Shown: positions 1-11,145 of the stretch, one piece after another
How positions within the stretch are numbered: position 1 is the first letter of the stretch
How the letters are laid out: the number at the start of each line of letters is the position of its first letter
Source of the DNA: Cirrosporium novae-zelandiae
Lineage: Eukaryota
Direction: 5' to 3'
Assembly (NCBI GenBank): GCA_026023565.1
Contig: JAPETS010000014.1
Span: forward strand, 496,001-560,000
Length of the DNA stretch: 64,000 bases
The notes under the pieces: model-generated
Database searches by the model: none
What the model was told of the DNA's origin: nothing
Seen by the model: only the letters and a program-made list of their open reading frames with translations
Program-made: the position numbers and the translations under genes

Positions 1-528
1 TTTGCAGCCCCAAATAACTCTTTCTCTAATTTTTGTAAATCTCTCGAGTCTGTCTAACTGCATCTCTGCCCAGACTTCATCTTCATCATCACAACCGCTT
101 CCATCATGCGTGAATTCGCAGAGTAGGTTGCACAGGGAGTAGCCTAATGAGCAGATGGTACGGCCAAGCTCTCGTACCATGAAGCTACCATACCGGCGTG
201 GATGGCAAATTTTCAAGGCAGTGTCCAGGTCATCGATAGGGCCGTTGATGAAGGCACAGATTTCTTTCTGCATCAGCCACGACCATTTATCGTCGAAGAC
301 CAGGGTTTTAATATTTTCGATGGGCGTGAGAATCAGACCAGCAGATCGATCGAGACTGTAGAAGACATGTCGGGCTGAGGACGAGGTTGCGTAATCATCG
401 TCGTTATACATCGAAGGCTCCCAAGAGTTGATAACATTTGCAAGTTTAGAAATCGCCAAGGAGGCAACTTCGCGAAGATTCTGGGACGATTCAACAAACT
501 GGACTGGTTGTTCGTTTCTGGCTGCCAT
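1..528 (-). CDS. Hypothetical protein, 3' end outside the window
   Basis: ATG at 528 opens a stop-free frame to the window edge (176 codons: MAARNEQPVQFVESSQNLREVASLAISKLANVINSWEPSMY...RERVIWGCK). Absent from the ORF track because there is no stop. No recognised domain. Confidence 0.6.
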   Translation of the reverse strand, partial: MAARNEQPVQFVESSQNLREVASLAISKLANVINSWEPSMYNDDDYATSSSARHVFYSLDRSAGLILTPIENIKTLVFDDKWSWLMQKEICAFINGPIDDLDTALKICHPRRYGSFMVRELGRTICSLGYSLCNLLCEFTHDGSGCDDEDEVWAEMQLDRLERFTKIRERVIWGCK

Positions 529-778
529 TTTATGTTGTAGTTATGGGCAGACCTGGGAGTATCAATTGAATTGAATTGAGTTGAGTTGGACGTAGGTAGT
601 AATTTCAAATGACTTGAAGTTGTTTCCTTGGGTGCGATATATGGATGAAAGAAGGAGAAAGTTGTATGTATTAACAAATGATTTGTTGAGTCGTCGCAAG
701 TTGACTAGGTTACTGGTATAATAACCCGGAGCCGATCAAGTGACAATCACTACCTAGTGACTTGGTTCAACACAAAGA

Positions 779-932
779 ATATGGACAGGTTGTATGGTAT
801 TGATAATCAGGTTGTATATTGCTGGTTTTATACAGCTGGTTGTATGGTATGGATAGGTTGTATATAGCTGGTTGTATGCAGTTGGTTGTATTGTGTAGAC
901 AAGTTGTATGATATGGACAAGTTGTATGGTAT
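779..932. repeat. Degenerate minisatellite built on GTTGTAT
   Basis: About 8 copies of GTTGTAT, bounded by a near-identical 22-mer ATATGGACARGTTGTATGGTAT at 779-800 and 911-932. Confidence 0.7.
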
Positions 933-1466
933 GAAAGATGTTTGAGGGAATGAGAATCATAGAAGGAGAGAGGGAGACAGGTGGGTGGTATTTATATTGT
1001 AAATCTCTCTCCCTTAGGGGTGCTTCTTTCCTTACTCACCTGGTTCTCTCCTCCAAAGCCTATTTCCCCAGTCCCATTCTCAATGTCTCATGTCCCCCCG
1101 CCCTCGCTCGGGCCCGCCTAATGGTGCACTGTTTTAACGTACACTATATAGAACACCGAAGTGTGAAAACCTAAAAAAAATCAATGCTAGGGAGTTATAG
1201 AAGCCGACTTTATAATAAGTATAACAAGCGAGGTCACCTGACATGTTTTAAATAAGCGTTTTGGGTGGTTCAACTGATGATTAATAGGTAGGTCTCGGTG
1301 GTTTTTGGACTTTCGGCGGATATTGAGTTTTTTTTCATGTTTATAAAATTCTAAAAATTTTCATCACACCTGGAAAAATTGAATTTACCTTTTTTGTATC
1401 CAGAACTTTCCCTGCCCTATCTTTGTTGCTTGAAGCTTTTATGACAGCTATCTAAGCTAGTGCGTA

Positions 1467-1986
1467 ATGTCTTCACTGCAATATTTTGCATACAAGGGAA
1501 AAGGAGAGACAGCCCGTGAGCAATTTCGGTATAGTCAAGCCGTTCGAGTGGGTGATCGCATCGAATGTGCTGGTCAAGGTAACTACCGATCTTAATCTTC
1601 ATCTATTCCCCCCAAGATGCACTCTCCTTTGATTGCCAGCTTAGTTTACAATAAATATTATTGCAGGCGGTTGGAATCCTGAGACCGGGGTAATCTGTAC
1701 CGAGATCAACGCCCAAATCGACCAAGCGTTTGCGAACGTTGATTTGAATCTAAGGGATGCAGGCGGCAAGGGATGGTCGCAGGTGTTCCGTGTAAATTCG
1801 TACCACGTTCCAATGAACGATGAGGCCCTTGCGGCCATGGTCAGAAACTTTAAGAAGTGGATGCCGGATCACCAGCCGATTTGGACCTGCGTCGGTGTCT
1901 CACGACTCGGCGAGGATGATATGAGAGTTGAGATAGAGGTAGTGGCGTTGGATGAAGAAGGTGCTAGAGCTGGACGGGGCAAATAA
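1467..1986 (+). CDS. RidA/YjgF/YER057c/UK114 (L-PSP) family protein
   Basis: Exon 1 (1467-1578) MSSLQYFAYKGKGETAREQFRYSQAVRVGDRIECAGQ, GT-AG intron 1579-1666, exon 2 GWNPETG...QIDQAFANV...WTCVGVSRLGEDDMRVEIEVVA. YSQAV..G....GQ and VEIEVVA are family motifs. Confidence 0.9.
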
Positions 1987-2665
1987 GGGAATCAAAAGAG
2001 GGATGTTTATTCAAATCAAGGCTGGCTAGGGGTTATACTTCTGATATAATGTTCAATGCTCAAACTGAAGACGTTATGTCTCAAGGCACTGATCTTATTG
2101 AGCGTTATATTTTTTTCCCGAGCGCGACTAATTAGTCACCTTTTGAAACCATCACAGCATTCAGACCTACCCACGTTGATAACCTCATATTTGCAAGAAC
2201 TTATCAGAGGTTATGAAATTATATGGAAGGAAAGAAATCCCACACAAACCCCTTATTTCCTCGTATAAAAACCCAATCCTTGCCAAAATAAAAGTATATA
2301 TCTATACACCAAAAACAAAGGAGTCAAAGCGCCGCCAACTTCACCAGAAATGAAACGTCATCACAAGCCCTGAATTTACTTACTGCCGCTGATAGAACAA
2401 AGAATGCCTTCTAGAAAGCTGTCAATAAGTACACTCGGCAGCTCCTAGAGGTCACAGCGAAGGTTTCATGCATTATGCAAGGTACGAGATGGGGAGAACA
2501 AACGAAACGAAACGTCCAATCCAGAGATTTTTTTTCTTGTCTTATCTTATCTAGTTGAGTTGATCTTACCTCTTACCTCTTACCCTGTAGTTGTGTTCTA
2601 AACTCCCTAGTCTTGGTCTATTGGTGGGTGGACTTCTTACTTCCTCAATCCCCTTTTTGGGAATG

Positions 2666-2707
2666 GAATGGAGAAATGGAGAAATGGAGAAATGGAGAAA
2701 TGGAGAA
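2666..2707. repeat. Tandem repeat (AATGGAGA)n, about 5 copies
   Basis: Read directly from the sequence. Confidence 0.85.
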
Positions 2708-4451
2708 GAAGGTATCTAGATATCTAGATATCTACTTTCCCTACTTAGCTGAGTTGACTTCTTTACAACCACGAGCTGACTACTAATAGATAATAGCCTA
2801 ATCGATAAATTCAATTAGATTAAATTAAATTCCAACATATAGTTATAGCTACTGTAAACATATTGATTGGTATTTCCATCTCGACCTCTATCTTGCAAAC
2901 TTTACTTGGTGAAGTAGCCTATGGGGATGGGAGGCGATAATGAAATAAAATAAAATCACTTGTTCCTATTCCTGTGATTCCCGCTTTCTACTCCTTGAGT
3001 ATGGATATATTACTGTATATACATTAACACTTCACAGAAAGAGACCAGCACCAGACTCATACATTATATACAGTATAACCAATATGACCTCACCCCAGAA
3101 CCCCAGAAACCTCAGAACCCTCAGAAGGCTAGAATAATCTAATCAAGTGATCTAATCTAATCTAACCAAAGCGCAGTGATTATACAATTTATGCAATTGG
3201 ATATGGTGTTTCATATGTCTCATGCTGTACATATCCCGCGCGCCCTTCCCGCTCTTTGCCCTTTGTCCTTTCTTCCGCTCTAGCTAATAGATAGATACGG
3301 AAGGGCGGTGGTGAGTTGTCCTCGCGCCCCCTCGCGCCCCTCTCTCCACGCCCCTTTCTCCAAGAAGAAGCACGAGGACAAGGACAAAGGGGATCCAGTT
3401 ACTGTACGTTGTAGGCACAATACAGTAGCTAGGGCACATATCTTACTCGAGCAGAGTTCTAAGGTTCCTAAATGCCCATTTAAGACAACCCATCCATCCA
3501 TCCGTCCATCCATTTTAGTACATCAGATCAGATGGACTATCCTACTAGCTTATCCCCCAAACCAAGCCCAGCCCAGCCTCCCAAAAAAGGGAGAGAGAGA
3601 AAAAGAGGCAGAAAATTTTTTTGTAGTCTAGAGGAAATCGTTGCCCTAGATAGTGCCCTGCGCGCTAGATTAGGAAGGAAGCTATATCTACTTCTTCGCC
3701 CCTTTGCCTTTTTGTTTTGTGTAGTGAAGAGAAGAGAAGAGGGCTGGTGGTTGTATATCTATGTGATGGGAATGTGGTGGTATGTGATGCTGATGATGGG
3801 CTAGGTGTCTAAGGCGTAAGGCAGGCGTGTAAGGCAGACAATGTATGCGCGCCCGCGCCCTACCTGGTGCCAAGCGGCAAGCGGCAAAGCAGGGTTATCT
3901 ACTTGTAGGTGGGTGTTGTGAGAGTGGGGCGAGAGGGAACTGTAGGATGGAATGGAATATTTCGTTTCGCTTTCGGTGAGCCCGATAGTAGACTTGCCCG
4001 CTTGGATGCGCGAAATAAGGGCGGGGAAATTCATCAGCCGGCTAGGAACGGGGTAGGATGGGATAGAATAGGGAAGTGCAAAATTGATGTGGATGTTTGT
4101 TTGATAGGTACTGTACTTACCTAGATGCCTATGTAGTTAGGATGATGAGGTTTGGTGGTGGTGGGATGTTTAATTTCTTTGGCGAGATGATTTATTTCTT
4201 CCAAGATTGAAGAAGTAGGATTGTTATATAATATATCTATGGACATTCGTTCATTCATGCGTACATACCCTGCGCTGGCATACCTATACATATATGCGTA
4301 TACGTATACAATCATATATCTATAATCACGGGAATTTCGTACGTGTTAAAAAAAAAAGGATAATAAGTGATAAGAAGAATCGCGCCGTCCTTTGGTACCC
4401 CTATTCCCTACTTTGTTTTTGTTTTTGCTTTGTTTTTTTACTTCAATTCAT

Positions 4452-5678
4452 TTATTCACTATGTTTCTTCCCCCCAAAGCCCCCAAACCGCTTCTTCAAA
4501 GTCCCACTGATTTTTCGGCCCGTGGAGCTGCGGCGCTGGAGGTCGGCATCGTTGTCGGCAGCGTAAGGGGAGAGGTGGGTGTTTGTGGAAACGCTTCGGG
4601 GTCGGGAGGATGGTGTCATTTCCATAGTGGCACCTCCTTCGGACAGGTAGCGGCGGTGAGATTTGTGTTCTTTGAGGGCTTTTTCGATGGTGTAGGAGGG
4701 TTCGCCTTTGCCTTTTATGTCGTCGGGGTGGTAATCCTGAGGGCGGAAACACGTATTAGTTAAGGGATGTATGGTTAGGGATTGAAGAAGTGGTGATTGC
4801 TTACTACCCCGGGCCAACGCTTGTAGTTTCCTCCATCTTCGATCATGAGGTTAGGGCCTTCTTTGTAACTGTAGTATCGACCGAACTCATCGGGGACACC
4901 TGGCGGTGTTATGGCGATCCCATCTAATGGACGATGATGCTTGATGCTGTCGTATAGTTTCTCTTGCGGGGTGGCTTTGATGGCTTCTCGGTTTGTATCT
5001 GCTACCGCCTCAAGTGGACTATATTTCTTGTTTGTGTTCCTAGAGAACATTGCCGCATCGTATGGTCCCTCATGATGGTAGGAGTGACCCGTTAAATCCA
5101 ACGAATCAATAGGATCTGGGCCGATAAGATGCTTCTTCCTGAGATGAGGAGCCCGATTTGCTGCCTTGTTTTCCTTTTTGAGCATATCAAGAGGTCTATG
5201 TGATAGATCTCCTGGGTATCGTTCGGTTAACGAGCTTCCTCGACGACGGTGGGTAGAAGGTGTGTGAGTATCGGGTGGTTCGCGGGCCGAAGAGGAACGT
5301 CTAGGTACTTCGTCTTTGTAGCTACCGAAAGCATCTTGTCGGTGGGAGTGTTGACCATCAGGACTAGTTGCACCTGGGGGCAATAAGTAGCCATTTCGGC
5401 TGACAGAACTGGCGCTCCGTACGTGGGTAGAAGGCCTTTTTCTTGCTGGAGAAGTTGGATGCGACGGCGAAGTTGGCGAATTCTTGGATTTGGGCAAGGT
5501 GGAATAGTAATGTGTACCTGGACCGGTGTGCTGGCTAGGTTCCGGTTCATTGAGAGGATCAAGTAGATATTTGGAGGCCTAAAGAATGCGAGTGAGAATT
5601 AGTACGTAAGACAAGCCAACATGTGATAAAGGAAGCTTCGGAATAGCTTACCCATTGTTTATCATGTGCTGTCTCCAT
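4452..5678 (-). CDS. PAL1: Pal1 cell-morphology family protein
   Basis: Three exons: 5678-5652 (METAHDKQW), 5578-4805 (ASKYLLDPL...DPIDSLDLTGHSYHHEGPYDAA...) and 4736-4452, joined by canonical GTAAGC...AG introns. The DxIDxLD...HHxGPyDA motif is typical of Pal1. Confidence 0.85.
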
Positions 5679-6933
5679 GATAGCTGTTTAATAATGATAA
5701 TGATAAGCTGTTTAAATTTTTGAGTCAAGAAAACTTCAAGTTGGATAGGTGTAGGAAGTAGGTGTAAGGCTATGGAGATGAAGAGAAACGGTCAGTTGAT
5801 ATTTAGGAAGAAGGTCAGCAAATGTACTGCTTTCTAATAGATGGACTGGAAGGAGGAGCAAGATGAGCAAGCAGAGCAAAATGTACTGTCCAAAGTACAA
5901 GCCACCGAGTTACGTCAGATTTGATTGGGCCGACATGGTGAAAAGGTCCAAAGTAGTAAAAGAGGAACAAAAGACTTTTGACCTGAAGTCATGCTTTCTC
6001 TCTATCAGGTCACCTAGGCTTTCTTCCATTTCCCATCTGGACCAATTTTAAAAAGCTTGGCTCGTCTTGACCTTCTTTTGGCCAATGTGCATGTCAAATG
6101 TTTGTTGTTTGCTGGCTATCTCTTCTGCCAGCGTCATGCCCGTTAACCCTTCCACTCCACTCGTGACGTCGGGTTGGCCTAAAAATAACCGGGCTATCCC
6201 CGGCATCCTCAGGCTATTCCGGGGGGCTGTGAAATTTTCGACCAGTGATGTTGCTTCCGGTGGCACCATCCCCATCAAGAACATACTACAGTACGAATAG
6301 AATTCGTATACCGGACGCGTATAATTACCATCATAAACATGTTTTTCACTGGAGTCGGTTGAGGTCATTGCCGAATGATACAACAATAAAATGATAAAAT
6401 GATAAAATCACTTAACCATAACTCAACTACAGTATCGGGTTGTACTTGTTATTGTACCTATTGTACTGTACCTGTACCTGGCCGTATTTCTTCTTCTTGC
6501 ATATATGACCTTGGCAATGGAACTTTCGGTCATAATGGGGTCCATTGGTCATCTCCTCGTACTGTACTGTACCGTACCGTACTTGGTTCTCTCTCTCTTC
6601 CTTCCCTTTCTTTTCCTTCCCTTTCCTTTCCTTTCCTCTGAAATTAATGTAAATTTCATCTGTTCAAAACAAGTCAATCATTTCATATTGAATAAAATAT
6701 TATTAATTACCTAGGTAGGTAGGTAGATAGATAGTGGGAGTTATTGTGGGCTTGGAATGAAAGCTTGACTTTAACTTCTGTTCCTTGGCCCTCACAGCTC
6801 GCTTAAACTAACCTAGAGATACTTTCTAGCTACTCCCCTCAACCCTCAACCTTCAACCTTCAACTATCAACCACATTGACTTAATGTTTCCCAACCTAAT
6901 GTCTATCCCAACCTAGTCTCTATCAACAACTGT

Positions 6934-6967
6934 TTTACAGGCTTTACAGGCTTTACAGGCTTTACAG
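6934..6967. repeat. Tandem repeat (TTTACAGGC)n, about 4 copies
   Basis: Read directly from the sequence. Confidence 0.85.
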
Positions 6968-7275
6968 ACCTCTTAACATTCCCCTACTGGTCATACAGAT
7001 ATAACTATGGTTATCTTTGCCATAATTGATCAACAAGGTCATTTTCACACAATGCTTTTATAATTTCACAATCAGGATATTTGCTAACACTAACTAAAAT
7101 AAACAATCTGCTTTTTCTTCTTCTCACATCTTACACAAACTCCTGCTCATATCGGTACTCATACACATTTGTTAAAAGTAAGCCACCCTGAAAAACAAAA
7201 AAAAAGCTCTAAAACGTCTCATTTCGTTGCCAACTTCTCTATGGTTTGAATATCGACACTGCGGCGGAAGTAAAT

Positions 7276-8178
7276 TTAGAGATTGATCTCCATCTTTAGG
7301 TCTGGGTGAGGCTTGAGCGAGTCATATGGATAGGAAACATGGCCCTTCACCACCGGTTTTCGTGTGAAGAAAATCAACATGTCCCTCGTGGCAGGTTTGG
7401 TTGGATCAACTGCTGTAACAGGTGACAGACTATGTTTCCTTTCATGGTCGGCAAATAATAGAGTATCGAGGAATTGTGTATGTTGCACACTACCAAGCGC
7501 CAGGTCAGGATTGGTCTCGTTCCATCTCAGCCCGTTCTTCTCCTTCACATCGTGCACAAACGTGATAGCACTGTCTGCTGTCATATTTTCACTCCCAAGA
7601 TAGGTGGTCATGGTAAAGTCGACACCGTCCTCATGAACTCCTTCAAGTGCTGGCTCTCCCACCATCCCTTCGTTGGTAACCGTCCTAAGATTGAAAAGTG
7701 TGCAAATAAAGTCATGGCAGTCATAGTCCAGCTTCGGTCGGTGGATGGTTGACACCCCCTGAAGCATAAAGGTCTTGAAGATGAAGAGAGCCTGCTGAAC
7801 TGAGTTTAATTGCAAGTCATTGCCAACTTCTTCAAACATTCTTGTCTGGCCAGAGTCATGTCGAACAAAGTTCTCTTCGGCAGACAGGACAAAGGGCTGG
7901 AACTCAAGCCGACGGACTTGGTATTTTTCGAAATCGAAGCAGAAGCGACCGTTCTTGGACTTGCGGAACGGGAGGGTTGGGTCGCTAGATAGTCCGTCGC
8001 TGACATGTTTGATTTTTTCGATATCCAGTTCAGTCGCTCCGAGAGCCTTCACTATTGCTAACATCCGATCACTCTTGACAAACACGACCCGGTTCTTGAT
8101 AAATTCCGCCTTCAACCTCACAAGGTCTGCAAGGGCCTCCAGTATTTTAACGTCGGTAGTTTGAATAGAGACAACCAT
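7276..8178 (-). CDS. 2-oxoglutarate/Fe(II)-dependent dioxygenase, BsmA/PF10014-like (family includes free amino-acid hydroxylases)
   Basis: Intronless 300-aa ORF with an HxD iron motif (EGVHEDGVD), a distal His (RKHSLS) and a 2OG-binding Arg (TRDMLIFF). The family assignment is from motif memory. Confidence 0.8.
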   Translation of the reverse strand: MVVSIQTTDVKILEALADLVRLKAEFIKNRVVFVKSDRMLAIVKALGATELDIEKIKHVSDGLSSDPTLPFRKSKNGRFCFDFEKYQVRRLEFQPFVLSAEENFVRHDSGQTRMFEEVGNDLQLNSVQQALFIFKTFMLQGVSTIHRPKLDYDCHDFICTLFNLRTVTNEGMVGEPALEGVHEDGVDFTMTTYLGSENMTADSAITFVHDVKEKNGLRWNETNPDLALGSVQHTQFLDTLLFADHERKHSLSPVTAVDPTKPATRDMLIFFTRKPVVKGHVSYPYDSLKPHPDLKMEINL

Positions 8179-8942
8179 ATTGAAGACTTTGCAGAAAATA
8201 ACTGTTGATATTGTGCTGATAGTTTGGTAGTTTGGTTTAATGGATTGAGGAATTGTTTTGCTTTGAAGCTGTTGGGAATGCTAACCTTAGGACCAACAAG
8301 AGTCTTTATAAACAACCCATGATATTGTTAACCCTGTGAACTTCCCTCTTTGTTCGATGAATCATATCGGCCTCACCGTTAATGTTACTGTTTCAGCCTA
8401 CTTTCTCTATAACTTTGTCCTAATTTGTGTTCGCCTCAATATAGGGCGCTGAGGTAAGTTGTGGCAGTACCGCGTCATTTCGACAGTATATGTTCTTATG
8501 TCACTTATTGGCCAATACTACCCTAAATCCACAGGCTCCAATATCTCTGCCTTGAATGGAAATGTGCGGACTCCTCCGATGATCAAATCGGTAATAAGCA
8601 TTTGTGCGGTTGCTCTCCTGGTTTCTGGGCTACCAGGCGCTGGGCAGATAATCAGGCAGGCAATGATCCCCGCCCTTTTGATGACTACAATCCTTGAGCC
8701 GTGGATAAGCGATGAGGCTCTGTTCCAAATATGCTATAGTTCCTCTATAGGGCTGAGGTGCCTACGGAAATATCTGTTTGGTAGTTAGTTATTTCCTGTT
8801 GTTTGTTATGTTATTCGATGTCTGAGGCTCAAGCGAATGCTAGTAATTGCTGACAGGATGAACTATGTGGGTACCAAAAAAGTCCTGGGGCGGTCTGCTC
8901 CCGTTCAGCCCTATGTGGTGATCAGGTGTAACAATACAAGGC

Positions 8943-8949
8943 TGACTCA
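8943..8949. promoter_or_regulatory. Gcn4/CpcA-type element TGACTCA in the divergent dioxygenase/MFS promoter
   Basis: Exact TGACTCA inside the pseudo-palindrome GCTGACTCAGC. A single 7-mer can occur by chance. Confidence 0.35.
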
Positions 8950-9331
8950 GCTTAGTTCACTACGGGTCATTGATGATTGGCCGGAACCGTTATCAACATG
9001 CCAAGAATAAACCTACCTATCAGTTACTGCTTACTTGCTGCATCGAATCAATATTTGGTCTCTGATGATGAGAGGCTTGACAGGTTACTGTGCCGCAATC
9101 AACTCCACTGAATTAGATCACAAAGGAAACAGACAGCGAATGGCAATCTTCCGCAATGCTTATAAGCAGGAACATACCGCCCTCCTCCTCAGGGCCATCC
9201 AGCAGTCGTTCCAGCCACGAAGTACCATAATCAGTCACGGCTTCTTGAACGGTTAATCTTCTTCCCACAATTGGTCCTCTACTTGCAGTGGCTCACAGCT
9301 AGGTGGAATGCGGTAACGATTCCCGACTTTC

Positions 9332-11145
9332 ATGGACGATCCAGATATTCCCTGCAACATGAAAAGCGGTATGCAATCACTAAATCCAAACCCCACGTTC
9401 TAGTGACTGGTGAATTTGTAAAACTAACATGTTCCTTCTGTTACTCTAGGCAGGACACAGTCACAGTCGAAAGTCCAAGACCCCGAAAAGGGAACCTTGG
9501 AGAATGATTTGGTCATCCAGGGCATACTGTCGTTCCGTCCCGATGATCCCGACAATCCCGTAAACTGGTCGAGGGTAAGTTTTCTATTCTTAGACGACAG
9601 TCATATATCTGACAAATTTCTAGAATAAAAAGGCATTCATTGTCATTGTCGGACTAGTGGCGGTGTTCAACAGCGTACTCGACTCGTCTTTGCCTAGCGG
9701 AGCCATCGACTATATTGCGAAGGATTTCAACATTACAAACAAAGTACAACTGGTACTTCCAATCTCAGTATACCTTATTGGGTATGTGCTCGGACCACTC
9801 CTATTTGGGCCTCTTAGCGAAACGTATGGCCGGCGGATGATCATGGCTGGACCATTTGCATTATTTATCATTTTCACATTGGCATGTGCAGTCGCACCTA
9901 ACTGGGCTTCCTTCGTTGTTTTCCGCTTTATATGCGGGATATGTGCTTCCAGCCCTATTGCAGTAACAGGGGGGCTGTATGCCGATATTTATAACAATCC
10001 TGTGACTAGGGGCCGTGCAATGGCCCTCATGATGGCTGTGAGTTCTTCCGTTTATCCGATAGTCTTATGGTTGACGATGTCTAGGTGACGACGATTGGAC
10101 CCCAATTCGCCCCTATCATTTCAGGATTCGTCTCCGCCGTGAGTTGGAGATGGACATTCTGGGTTGGTTTGATAATCGCATGCGTATCATTCATTCCGTT
10201 CTTTTTCTTACCGGAAACGTTTGGCCCAGTGATCTTGCAAAGGCGAGCTAGGGCAATGCGCATGGCAGGTGAAAAGAATGACGTCTACGCACCCATCGAG
10301 CTTGAGAAAAAGGGGCCCAAAGAAATGCTAACCATCATCCTGGCAAGACCGCTAATCATGCTTGTCTTTGAGCCTATAGTATTATTTACCTGTTTATACT
10401 TGTCATTAGCAAGTGCGATATTCTGTGAGTGAGAGAATGTGCTTGACTGAATTGCTTACCCTAATACTTGTGAAGTTTTGTTTTTCGAGGCATATCCTTT
10501 AGTGTTTCAAGGAATATACGGGATGAGCATTGGCATCTCTGGATTAGCGTTTCTACCCAGTAAGTCCCTGGATAATCAGGCCGTTCGAACTATCCGGCAC
10601 CCTTGCTTACTAATTGTTCTAAAGTTGCGATTGGTGCATGCGTGGGATTTGCTATATTCCTTTATTACGACTCTGTTCTCCGTGATGCAAAGAACCGCAA
10701 TGCTCATTGGTCCTCCACCGAGGAATATCGTCGGCTTCCGCTCGCCTGCCTTGGAGGACCTGCTTATGTTATATCTCTCTTCTGGCTGGGTTGGACATCT
10801 TCGCCTGGTATCCATTGGATTGTTCCCATGCTGGCTGGTGTTCCATTCGGCATTGGATTCTTTCTTATTTTTGTAGCCCTCCTTAACTATCTGGCGGATG
10901 CCTACAAGGAATTTGCTGCGAGTGCGATGGCGGCAGCAAGTTGTTCTCGTAGCATCTTTGGAGCAGTCTTGCCACTAGCAGCAACACCCATGTACAACGC
11001 TCTAGGAATTGGATGGGGTAATAGCTTGTTAGCCTTTTTGAGTCTAGGGATGAGTCTCGGTTCTTTTGTTTTCCTCAAGTACGGGGATCGAGTTAGGGCG
11101 AACAGCAAATTTTGCCAGGAGTTAGCACAAAGGTCGGGGAACTGA
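9332..11145 (+). CDS. MFS transporter, DHA1 (drug:H+ antiporter) family
   Basis: ATG 9332 (MDDPDIPC...), first intron 9369-9449, about 6 exons. Motifs DDPDNPVNWS, GPLSETYGRR, WRWTFW, LPETFGPVIL, YLADAY..FAASAMAA; multiple TM helices. Confidence 0.92.

Noticed and set aside
779..932. CRISPR-like repeat array
   Set aside because: Units are 7-bp degenerate cores with short, mutually similar spacers; eukaryotic context and no cas genes.
2204..2363. Intronic C/D snoRNA (GTGATGA ... CTGA, minus strand)
   Set aside because: No terminal stem and no recognisable rRNA-complementary guide next to the D box.
3316..3340. HDV-like ribozyme (TCCTCGCG resembles loop L3)
   Set aside because: The flanking bases cannot form P3, and I could not build the P1/P2/P4 double pseudoknot.
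3961..4037. Hammerhead ribozyme or C/D snoRNA on the minus strand (CTGATGA ... GAAA)
   Set aside because: No stem II closing pair or stem I/III arrangement; no D box or rRNA guide at a suitable distance.
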